A stretch of 64,000 nucleotides of DNA from an uncultured Phycisphaerales bacterium (lineage in GTDB: Bacteria; Planctomycetota; Phycisphaerae; Phycisphaerales; SM1A02): positions 96,001 to 160,000 of the forward strand of contig CALKEP010000001.1 of NCBI GenBank assembly GCA_938084645.1. Reading direction: 5' to 3'. The notes below the pieces were generated by a model that saw only the letters and a program-made list of their open reading frames with translations, was not told the DNA's origin and did no database searches. Positions 1 to 8,372 of this stretch are shown here, piece after piece. The translations under genes were made by a program, and so were the position numbers. The first letter of the stretch is position 1. Every line of letters starts with the position of its first letter.

Positions 1-428
1 GCATCCACGGCGTTCAGCTGCTCGGCGAAGATCCGGAAGAGGGGCTTCCCGGTCACCGGGGTCGCGGGAAAGGTCCCCTTCGGTCCGTTCCAGCCGAGCC
101 GGGTGCCCTGGCCACCCGCCACCGTGAATGCGGCCACCTGGCCGTCGCGGATGATCGCTTCGCCGGCGGCCCGGAAGGCCGCTTCGCCCTCGGGATTGCG
201 AGGAACGAACGGGGCGGGTTCGATCGATCCCGCCGGCGTGTCGAGACCGGACTCGGACGTCGCGAGTCGCTCGATCTCCTCGAAGTCGATCGCCTCCACC
301 TGTTCGATGAAGGACTCGAGTCCCGACTCGTCGACCTGCTCGAGCCCGGCCACGAGATGTCCCTGGCCATGTGACTCGAGACGGGCCACGATGGCGTCGA
401 GGCGTTCGGTGATCGGCGCGCTCTGCAT
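1..428 (-). CDS. UDPGP-family (PF01704-type) nucleotidyltransferase, UDP-N-acetylhexosamine/UDP-glucose pyrophosphorylase; N-terminal part, runs off window start
   Basis: Not in ORF track. Manual translation from ATG 428: MQSAPITERL...GQGHL...IDF...GQVAAFTVAGGQGTRLGWNGPKGTFP...KPLFRIFAEQL, with the AGGQGTRLG..PKG signature of eukaryote-type UAP/UGP enzymes. Confidence 0.85.
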   Translation of the reverse strand, partial: MQSAPITERLDAIVARLESHGQGHLVAGLEQVDESGLESFIEQVEAIDFEEIERLATSESGLDTPAGSIEPAPFVPRNPEGEAAFRAAGEAIIRDGQVAAFTVAGGQGTRLGWNGPKGTFPATPVTGKPLFRIFAEQLNAVD

Positions 429-460
429 GATTTCTGGATTCCGTGGTGGCGGATGGAGAG

Positions 461-1162
461 TCAGGCGTCGGAGGTTCGAGGTTCCTCGGGCTGGGTCCAG
501 CCTTCGGATTCGTGTCGGACGATCTTCCCCGTCTCGAGGTAGATCACCTGTTCGCAGACGTTGGTGCAGTGGTCGGCGATCCGCTCGAGCGACTTCGTGA
601 CGGCGAGGATCCGGAACGCGCCATCCACTGCGAGCGTTCCATCGCTCACGCGGGACTGGGCGTCTCGAAGGATCTCCACCTTGAATCGATCGACGGTGTC
701 GTCGAAGTCGAGGACCCGCCGGGCGAGGACCGGGTCGCTCTTGCTCAAGGCGCGATTCGCGTCGCGAATCATCCCGAGCACGCTGTTGGCCATGACCCGG
801 TAGGTGTCGGGAAGATTGCTCGTCGTGCGTCGGGGATCGAGGGTCGCCTCCGCGATCGTGACGGCGCAGTCCCCGATGCGTTCGAATTCGTTGTTGACCT
901 TGACGATGGTGAGCACCGATCGGATCGAATGCGGATCCCGTTGCCCGAGTGCGAGCAGGGGGATGCACTGCTTCTCGATCTCGATGTCGACGGTGTCCAC
1001 CTTCGCCTCGATCTCCACGACCTCCTCGGCCTTGGCCCGATCGTGATCGAAATAGCAGTCGATCGCCTTGGTGGCCTGTTCGAGGACTCGGACACCCTGC
1101 TGGGTGATCTCCGTGCGGAGGTCGTCGAGTCTGGTCTGGAATGCGTTGCTGGCGTCGCTCAA
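461..1162 (-). CDS. phoU: Phosphate signalling complex protein PhoU
   Basis: Two PhoU repeats with E-R-I-G/A-D motifs (FERIGDC, LERIADHCTNVCEQVIY); TTG start with upstream GAGGA. Confidence 0.93.
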   Translation of the reverse strand: MSDASNAFQTRLDDLRTEITQQGVRVLEQATKAIDCYFDHDRAKAEEVVEIEAKVDTVDIEIEKQCIPLLALGQRDPHSIRSVLTIVKVNNEFERIGDCAVTIAEATLDPRRTTSNLPDTYRVMANSVLGMIRDANRALSKSDPVLARRVLDFDDTVDRFKVEILRDAQSRVSDGTLAVDGAFRILAVTKSLERIADHCTNVCEQVIYLETGKIVRHESEGWTQPEEPRTSDA

Positions 1163-1233
1163 GCGTTGATCCTCGTCCCCGGAGTATACGCCTCCGTCCG
1201 CCCCATGCCGGAGCAGGCGGGTAGCATTTCGAC

Positions 1234-1980
1234 ATGATCGAACTCGGCGTGAACATCGACCATGTCGCGACCGTCCGCCAGGCTCGGCGGACCTGGGAGC
1301 CCGACCCCACCTGGGCCGCGGTCGAAGCGCATCTGGGTGGTGCGGCTGGAATCACGATCCACCTCCGGGAGGATCGACGCCACATTCAGGACGACGACGT
1401 CCGGCGACTCAACGAACTGGTCCAGATCAAACTCAACCTCGAAATGGCCGCGACGGACGAGATGGTCGGGATCGCCCTCGAGGTCAGGCCTGAAGTGGTG
1501 ATGCTGGTCCCCGAAGGCCGACACGAGATCACCACCGAGGGAGGCCTCGACGTGGTGGGTGCCCGGGATCGACTCGGCGAGGTCGTGCGGCGGCTGCGTG
1601 ACGATGGCATCCCGGTCTCCGCCTTCATCGACCCCGATCCCGCGCAGGTCGAGGCCGCCGCCGCGTGCGGTTTTTCGATCTGCGAGGTTCACACCGGCCC
1701 CTACGCCCATGCCTTCCACGCGCATGGTCGATCGGCGGAATCGCCACCGGTGGTGGCGGAGCTCGCCGCGGTCGCCAGCGCGGGAGAGGCCATCGTGGCG
1801 GCAGGCATGCGGTTCAACGCCGGACACGCCCTGAACTATGCGAATGTCCAGGCGATCGCCGCGCTCCCGGGGCTCCGCGAGCTGCACATCGGACACTCGA
1901 TCGTGAGCCGATCGATCTTCATCGGGCTGCGTGAGGCGGTTCGAGAGATGCGGAATCTGATCAACGAAGCCGCGTCCTGA
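1234..1980 (+). CDS. pdxJ: Pyridoxine 5'-phosphate synthase
   Basis: [47 protein letters not shown] motifs. Confidence 0.97.
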   Translation: MIELGVNIDHVATVRQARRTWEPDPTWAAVEAHLGGAAGITIHLREDRRHIQDDDVRRLNELVQIKLNLEMAATDEMVGIALEVRPEVVMLVPEGRHEITTEGGLDVVGARDRLGEVVRRLRDDGIPVSAFIDPDPAQVEAAAACGFSICEVHTGPYAHAFHAHGRSAESPPVVAELAAVASAGEAIVAAGMRFNAGHALNYANVQAIAALPGLRELHIGHSIVSRSIFIGLREAVREMRNLINEAAS

Positions 1981-2125
1981 GGGATCGTCCCCGGCGGACT
2001 TCGGAAAACCGGAGCGAAACCACGAATCGCCCGGAAGATCCCGGTGTCTCGTCGATTCTCACGTGGAGTGCCGCGACGTTGGTAGGATCGCGGCGATTGC
2101 AGGACGTGATCGATGGAGGCACACG

Positions 2126-3070
2126 ATGTCCGAACCCAGGCCCGGCGACTTCGCGGGCGTTCATACCGCGCTCGTCACCCCGTTCACCGCGGATGCCTCC
2201 GCGGTGGACCTCGCCGCGCTCGAGGCACAGGTGCTGTTCCAGGCGTCGGGAGGGGTGGCCGGTGTGGTTCCCTGCGGGACGACCGGCGAGACGCCGACGC
2301 TCACCGCGGAGGAGCGGCGGGCCGTCATTCGATCCGTGGTGGCGGCCGCCGGCCCGCTCGGCCTCTCGATCGTGGTGGGGGCCGGTTCCAACTCGACCGT
2401 CTCGGCGATCGAGTACTCGGCGGAGGCCGCGGATCTCGGTGCGACGGCGACCCTGCAGGTGACGCCGTACTACAACCGCCCTTCGCAGGAGGGGCTCTTC
2501 CGTCACTTCTGGTCACTCGCCGATGCCGCCCGGGTGCCGATCGTCCTCTACGACGTGCCGGGTCGGTCGGGGGTCGGACTCGCGCCCGACACCGTGGTGC
2601 GACTCGCGAGCCATGAACGGATCGTCGCGATCAAGGTCGCCAACGGATCGGTCGGATACGTGAGCGAGCTGGTGCAGCGATGCGATCTCGCGATTCTTTC
2701 GGGTGACGATCCCCTCACGCTCCCGATGCAGTCGGTCGGTGCGGTCGGGGCCGTGAGCGTGGTGGGGAACATCGCGCCGGGTGAAGTCGCCCGCCAGGTC
2801 GCGGCGGCGAATCGAGGCGACTTCGCGGCGGCCCGAGCCATCCACGAGCGTCTCTTCGCCCTGTCGAACGGTCTTCTCGGTCTGGATGGGAATCCAGTTC
2901 CGATCAAGGCCGCCATGGCCATCCTCGGCCGGGACACGGGGGTCGTTCGGCCACCGCTCGCGGCCGCCGCCGAGTCCACGCGCGGGGCCATTCTCGAACT
3001 GCTCTCGTCGGCCGGCATCGAGGGGCCCGCCGGCGGCGTGACCGGATCCCGATCGGTGGGCATGCGATGA
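2126..3070 (+). CDS. dapA: 4-hydroxy-tetrahydrodipicolinate synthase
   Basis: TALVTPF, CGTTGE, TPYYNRPSQEG, LYDVPGRSG, Schiff-base Lys (AIK), SGDD, NPVPIKAA; ATG 2126 preceded by GGAGG. Confidence 0.93.
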   Translation: MSEPRPGDFAGVHTALVTPFTADASAVDLAALEAQVLFQASGGVAGVVPCGTTGETPTLTAEERRAVIRSVVAAAGPLGLSIVVGAGSNSTVSAIEYSAEAADLGATATLQVTPYYNRPSQEGLFRHFWSLADAARVPIVLYDVPGRSGVGLAPDTVVRLASHERIVAIKVANGSVGYVSELVQRCDLAILSGDDPLTLPMQSVGAVGAVSVVGNIAPGEVARQVAAANRGDFAAARAIHERLFALSNGLLGLDGNPVPIKAAMAILGRDTGVVRPPLAAAAESTRGAILELLSSAGIEGPAGGVTGSRSVGMR

Positions 3071-3615
3071 GCGACGTGAGCGATCAGCGATACGAGCCGA
3101 GCGGGCTCCCGTACCGGATGGCGGTGCTCTGCTACCTGTGGACGGAGGACGATCGGCTTCTGATGCTTCATCGAAGGAAGCACCCGAATCCCGACATGTA
3201 CTCTCCGATCGGCGGCAAGATGGAGATCTCCGTCGGCGAGACGCCGCATGAGTGCGCCCGTCGCGAGATCCACGAGGAAGCGGGCATCGAGATCCCCGAC
3301 GAGGACATCCGAATGTTCGCGATGGTGGCGGAGAAGGCGTACCAGGGCGAGATGCACTGGCTGCTCTTCTGCTTCGAGGTGACCCGCCGCATCGATCCCG
3401 CGGAACTCCCGCGGACGGAGTTCGACGAAGGGACGCTGGAGTGGGTGCCGGTGGACGAGGTCGACCGGCTGAACATCCCGGAGACCGACCGGAAGGTCCT
3501 CTGGCCGTTGCTCAAGCCACGACGGCACGCGGGTGGCTTCCTGATGGTCGAGATCGATTGTGGCGGAGACGATCTCGTCTCACGGATCGTCGAGGACACC
3601 CGGCCCCTCGATTGA
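3067..3615 (+). CDS. NUDIX hydrolase (8-oxo-dGTPase-like)
   Basis: Nudix box GGKME..GETPHECARREIHEEAG; EGTLEW; ATGA overlap with dapA. Confidence 0.88.
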   Translation: MSDVSDQRYEPSGLPYRMAVLCYLWTEDDRLLMLHRRKHPNPDMYSPIGGKMEISVGETPHECARREIHEEAGIEIPDEDIRMFAMVAEKAYQGEMHWLLFCFEVTRRIDPAELPRTEFDEGTLEWVPVDEVDRLNIPETDRKVLWPLLKPRRHAGGFLMVEIDCGGDDLVSRIVEDTRPLD

Positions 3616-3660
3616 ACTCCGGTCCTCCCGACCGAGATCCCCGCGGGCTGGCTCACCGAC

Positions 3661-5049
3661 TCAGGAGATGCCGGCCACGGACGCCGCCTCGTCGGCGATG
3701 GCCGCCGCGGCCGCATCGGTGGGTGCCTCCGCGATGAGACGGATGATCGGCTCGGTGTTGCTGGGGCGGACGTGCACCCACGCGTCGCCGACGTCGACTC
3801 GCACGCCGTCGGCGTCGTCGACCCGGCCGTCCGGCCAGTGCTTCGCGACCTTCTTCAGGATCTTCGGAACGGCGGACTTCCCGCCCACCGACGAGAGATC
3901 CCACTTCCGCTTGATCATGGCGTAGCGGGGGAGCTCGTCGACGATGTCGGCGAGCGGACGACCGTCGCTGGCGAGCAGTTCGAGCACGATGGCCATCGCC
4001 GAGAGGGAGTCCCGGATGAAACAGACCTCGGGGACGATCACCCCACCGTTGCCTTCGCCGCCGATACGACCCTGATGGGCGCGAATGCCCTGCACGACGT
4101 TCGCCTCGCCGACCGCGGTCCGGATCACCCGTCCGCCCTCGAAGCCGGCGCAGACGTCGTCGATCATGCGGCTGGTGGAGAGGTTGGCGGCCACGGGACC
4201 GCCGCCGTGTCGCTGCATCATCCGCATCGCAGCGAGGACCAGAGTCCGTTCCTCGCCGATGTAACGACCATCGCCATCCACGATCGCCAGGCGGTCGGCG
4301 TCCGGATCCTGGGCGAATCCGATCGTCGCGTTCCCGTCGGCGGCGACCGCGGTCGCCAGTTCGGTCAAGTTCGCTTCGGTGGGCTCCGGCGTGTGCGGGA
4401 AGAGCCCCGTCGGTTCACCGTGGAGATGCAGGAGATCGCAGCCGAGGGCTTCGAGGAGCATCCGGCCCGCGGGACCGCCCGATGCCGCCACCGAATCGAG
4501 GACCACGCGGAAACGCTTCGATCGAATCAGATCCACGTCGACGATCGCGAGCACCTTCTCGACGTGGATCCGCGAGCCATCGTCACGATGTCGGATCGTC
4601 CCGCAATCCGCGCCGGCCATGCGATCGAGTCGACTGCCTTCGAAACGCCCGATGATCTCCTCCGCCACCGGCCCCGGGGGGGCCAGGCCGTCCGAGTCGA
4701 GGCACTTGATGCCGTTCCACTCGATCGGGTTGTGGCTCGCGGTGACGTTGATGCCACCATCGCAGTCGAGTTCGCGGATCATCACGCCGACGGTGGGGGT
4801 GGTGCTCACGCCGAGGAGGGTGACCTCGCAGCCGACGCCCGCGAGACCGGCGGCGGCGGCCGAGGCGAGGCACGATCCAGATCGTCGACCGTCGTGGCCG
4901 ACCACCAGTCGCGGCGGACGATCACCGACCGTCTCCCGGAGAAGCGAGCCGAAGGCGCCGGCGTAGCGGGCGACGATCTCGGGCGTCATGGTGGCACCGA
5001 CGATTCCGCGGGCACCGGAGATGGAGAGCATGAGGGGGGCGTCTGGCAC
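3661..5049 (-). CDS. glmM: Phosphohexomutase, phosphoglucosamine mutase/phosphomannomutase family
   Basis: TASHNP catalytic Ser loop, DPDADR metal loop, GEGNGG, RPSNTEPIIR; substrate specificity inferred. Confidence 0.8.
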   Translation of the reverse strand: MPDAPLMLSISGARGIVGATMTPEIVARYAGAFGSLLRETVGDRPPRLVVGHDGRRSGSCLASAAAAGLAGVGCEVTLLGVSTTPTVGVMIRELDCDGGINVTASHNPIEWNGIKCLDSDGLAPPGPVAEEIIGRFEGSRLDRMAGADCGTIRHRDDGSRIHVEKVLAIVDVDLIRSKRFRVVLDSVAASGGPAGRMLLEALGCDLLHLHGEPTGLFPHTPEPTEANLTELATAVAADGNATIGFAQDPDADRLAIVDGDGRYIGEERTLVLAAMRMMQRHGGGPVAANLSTSRMIDDVCAGFEGGRVIRTAVGEANVVQGIRAHQGRIGGEGNGGVIVPEVCFIRDSLSAMAIVLELLASDGRPLADIVDELPRYAMIKRKWDLSSVGGKSAVPKILKKVAKHWPDGRVDDADGVRVDVGDAWVHVRPSNTEPIIRLIAEAPTDAAAAAIADEAASVAGIS

Positions 5050-5146
5050 GGTGGCTCCTGCGGTCGGGGGCGTCGAAGAGGGACGTCGCGAGGATCATCC
5101 CATCCGAGTCGATCGGGTGGAAGGTCCATTGTCCTATACTCGAACC

Positions 5147-5539
5147 ATGTTCGAACTCGAAGTATCGCACCGATTTTCGGCCGCCCACGCGGTCACCGTG
5201 GGTGGGGTCCGGGAGGAGCTTCACGGCCACGACTGGAGGGTCACGGTCACGGTTCGCGGACCCCGTCTGGACGAAGAGGACCTTCTCGTCGATTTTCACG
5301 TGGTGGAGACGTCCCTTCAGGACGTCGTGGCGCCCTTTTCGGGCCGAACGATCAACGGGATTCCGCCGTTCGATCGGCTGCACCCGACCGCGGAACGGAT
5401 CGCGGAGCATGTCGCGTCCCGGATGGCCCCGGCGATCCCCTCGGCGTGTGAAATCGCCTCCGTCGCGGTGGAAGAGGCTCCGGGATGCATCGCCAGGTGG
5501 TTTCCAGCGTCCAGCGGAGCGACCGAGGGCCTCGGCTAG
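5147..5539 (+). CDS. 6-pyruvoyl-tetrahydropterin synthase (QueD/PTPS) family protein, PTPS-III-like
   Basis: FSAAH, EELHGHDW, VDF, PTAERIA; no Cys before HGH. Confidence 0.88.
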   Translation: MFELEVSHRFSAAHAVTVGGVREELHGHDWRVTVTVRGPRLDEEDLLVDFHVVETSLQDVVAPFSGRTINGIPPFDRLHPTAERIAEHVASRMAPAIPSACEIASVAVEEAPGCIARWFPASSGATEGLG

Positions 5540-5620
5540 AATGTGGCTTCGTCCCTGTCCGAAGTGATTCGGGCCATGATTCCCCAGCCCCTGGACCGAG
5601 TGAAGGCACGGTGAGCCAAG

Positions 5621-7780
5621 ATGACCGAAACCGATCCCCAATCGACGGAGAAAGAGCTGTCGCGGATCGGAATCGAGGTGCCGGATCCCGGTGAGATCGG
5701 CCTCGACGATCCGGCGCGGTTCCTCAATCGGGACATCCAGTGGCTTGAATTCAACCGTCGAGTCCTCTTTCAGGCGATCGATCGACGGACGCCGCTTCTC
5801 GAACGAGTGCGTTTCCTCTCGATCACCTCCCGCAACCTCGATGAGTTCTTCATGAAGCGAATCGGGGGGCTGAAGCGACGCCGCGATCTCCGCCTCGGCG
5901 CACAACACCTCGAGACCCTTCCGCCCGAGCGACAGCTCGACGAGCTGCGGGGCGTGGTGGTCGACCTCATGCAGCTTCAGCGGCGATGCTTCCGGCACGA
6001 TGTGCTTCCCACCCTCGCCGAGGCGGGCATCGAACTTCTCGGGTGGAACGATCTCACCGCCGAGGAGAAGCGGGACGCGGAGTCGTGGTACCGGGCGAAC
6101 ATCTTTCCGATCCTCACCCCGCTCGCGGTCGATCCCGGGCATCGATTTCCATTCATCTCGAATCTCAGCGTCTCGATCGGCGTGATGCTTCGCCGGGCGG
6201 GCGAGACGGAGGAGCTGTTCGCTCGCGTCAAGGTGCCCGAGGTTCCCCGTCGTCTCTACGACCTCGGTGACGGGAGACGCTTCATTCCGGTCCAGGAGCT
6301 CATCGAGCACAATCTCGACGATCTCTTTCCGGGCATGGAGATCCTCCGCATTCTTCCGTTCCGCGTGACGAGGAACGCCGACGTCGAGGAGGAGAGCGAG
6401 GACGCCGAGGATCTGCTCGAGCACATCCAGCAGCAGCTTCGAGAGCGACGCTTCGCAAGCGTGGTCCGGCTCGAGGTGGGCGAGAATCCCGACCCCCGCG
6501 TCCTGAAGCTCATCCTCGACGAGCTGGATCTCGACGAGTCGGACGTCTACGAGACCGATCGTCTCCTCGACTACGGGACGCTCGACGACATCGCCGATCT
6601 CGACGTTCCGGAAATGCGTTTCCAGCCCTGGCGCCCCGCCGTTCCGCGCGGTCTCGAGGGGGATTCCTCGGATCTGCTCGCGGCGATCCGCAGTGGCGAC
6701 ATGGTGGTCCACATGCCCTACGAGTCCTTCGACGCCACCGTCGAACGGTTCGTCGAGCAGGCGGCGGCGGATCCGAGGGTCCTCTGCATCAAGCAGACCC
6801 TGTACCGGACGTCGGGCGACAGCCCGTTCATACCGTCGCTGATCAAGGCGGCGGAGAGCGGGAAGCAGGTCGCGGTGCTCGTCGAGCTGAGAGCCCGCTT
6901 CGACGAGGCTCGGAACATCCACTGGGCCGGGAAACTGGAGGACGCCGGCGTGCACGTCGCCTACGGCGTGGTCGGTCTCAAGACGCACACCAAGACGGTG
7001 CTCGTGGTGCGTCAGGAGGCGGGTGGAATCCGCTGCTACGCCTACATCGGCACGGGCAACTTCAACTCGAAGACCGCGGGCCTCTATGAGGACGTCGGGC
7101 TCTTCACGGCGGATCCCGCGATCACCGAGGATCTGGTCACCCTGTTCAACTACATGACGGGCCGCAGTCGGCAGCGGGAGTACAACAAGCTCCTCGTCGC
7201 GCCCACCACGATGAAGTCGAACTTCCTCGACTACATCGAACGCGAGATCCTGGTGAGCACCGCGGACCGTCCCGGTCGCATCATCTGCAAGATGAACCAG
7301 CTCGAGGACCGCGAGGTCTCCGACGCCCTCTACCGGGCGTCGCAGGCCGGCGTGCAGATCGACTGCATCGTGCGCGGCTTCTGCTGTCTCCGGGCGGGGG
7401 TGCCCGGACTGAGCGAGAACATCCGGATCCACTCGATCATCGGACGTTTCCTCGAGCACAGCCGGATCTTCTGGTTCTCCGGCGGTCGCGAGGATCCCCT
7501 CGACGGCGACTTCATCATCGGCAGCGCCGACTGGATGTACCGGAATCTCCACAATCGGGTGGAGGCGGCGGTGCCGGTGGAGAATCGAGGGCTCCGGGCC
7601 CGACTGTGGGAGATCCTGATGATCAACCTGGAGGACCACCGGCAATCCTGGCAGATGCGTTCCGACGGCACCTACGCCTTGCGGGATGCATCCCAGCTCG
7701 CCGAGGACGATTCCCGCATGGAGGGGACGCACGCGAGGCTGATGGGATTGACGCGGGAACGAACCGATTCGGACGGCTGA
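5621..7780 (+). CDS. ppk1: Polyphosphate kinase 1
   Basis: NRDIQWLEFNRRVL, NLDEFFM, HMPYESF, KQTLYRT, ELRARFDE, KTHTK, GTGNFN, GRFLEHSRI, SADWMYRNL. Confidence 0.97.
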   Translation: MTETDPQSTEKELSRIGIEVPDPGEIGLDDPARFLNRDIQWLEFNRRVLFQAIDRRTPLLERVRFLSITSRNLDEFFMKRIGGLKRRRDLRLGAQHLETLPPERQLDELRGVVVDLMQLQRRCFRHDVLPTLAEAGIELLGWNDLTAEEKRDAESWYRANIFPILTPLAVDPGHRFPFISNLSVSIGVMLRRAGETEELFARVKVPEVPRRLYDLGDGRRFIPVQELIEHNLDDLFPGMEILRILPFRVTRNADVEEESEDAEDLLEHIQQQLRERRFASVVRLEVGENPDPRVLKLILDELDLDESDVYETDRLLDYGTLDDIADLDVPEMRFQPWRPAVPRGLEGDSSDLLAAIRSGDMVVHMPYESFDATVERFVEQAAADPRVLCIKQTLYRTSGDSPFIPSLIKAAESGKQVAVLVELRARFDEARNIHWAGKLEDAGVHVAYGVVGLKTHTKTVLVVRQEAGGIRCYAYIGTGNFNSKTAGLYEDVGLFTADPAITEDLVTLFNYMTGRSRQREYNKLLVAPTTMKSNFLDYIEREILVSTADRPGRIICKMNQLEDREVSDALYRASQAGVQIDCIVRGFCCLRAGVPGLSENIRIHSIIGRFLEHSRIFWFSGGREDPLDGDFIIGSADWMYRNLHNRVEAAVPVENRGLRARLWEILMINLEDHRQSWQMRSDGTYALRDASQLAEDDSRMEGTHARLMGLTRERTDSDG

Positions 7781-7790
7781 GGCGGTTCGT

Positions 7791-8372
7791 TCAGAACGCT
7801 TCGAGCCTCGGCATCGCGCTTCCCACCAGTCGAACCGGTCGAGCACGATCACCTTCGATTTCGAGATCGATCATGTCGTCGGGCTCGACGGTGATGTCGA
7901 TGGTGGCTCGGTAGAGACGCCGTCCCTGCTCGTAGTTGAGGGTGAACGGTGCCTGGACGACGCCCGCCTCGTCGGTGGTTCCGACCACGCCGTCGAGCAT
8001 CTCCACGGGCGTGTTCCCCTCGACCGAATACAGCAGCGTCTCGTCGTTCCGGTTCCAGGTGATGGTCACGATCTCGCCGTTCTGGGTGCGGAACTCGATG
8101 AAGTCGCTCTGGATCGTCGCGACCCGTGGATCGGCGGGGAAGGGGCCGAAGTCCGTTCCGGTGCGGATCAGGGTGAGCATGCGATGCATGACGATGCGGC
8201 CGATCGACTGCGTCGAGACCTCCTCGGTGGTCGCCTGGTAGGCGCGGAAGCTCGCGTCGAGCGCCGCCAGGGTGGCGGTGAGCAGCGTCGCGGTGATCGC
8301 GAGCGCTATGAGGACCTCCACGAGATTGAACCCGCGGCGTCGAACGCGTTGACGTCGATCGATGGTGTTCAC
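7791..8372 (-). CDS. Prepilin-type N-terminal methylation protein (PilW/GspJ-like minor pilin)
   Basis: RRRG-FNLVEVLIALAI class III signal; GTG 8372 overlaps upstream stop (GTGA). Confidence 0.82.
   Translation of the reverse strand: MNTIDRRQRVRRRGFNLVEVLIALAITATLLTATLAALDASFRAYQATTEEVSTQSIGRIVMHRMLTLIRTGTDFGPFPADPRVATIQSDFIEFRTQNGEIVTITWNRNDETLLYSVEGNTPVEMLDGVVGTTDEAGVVQAPFTLNYEQGRRLYRATIDITVEPDDMIDLEIEGDRARPVRLVGSAMPRLEAF

Noticed and set aside
4922..7852. 976-aa minus-strand ORF
   Set aside because: Antisense shadow of ppk1; no motifs; typical of high-GC codon bias
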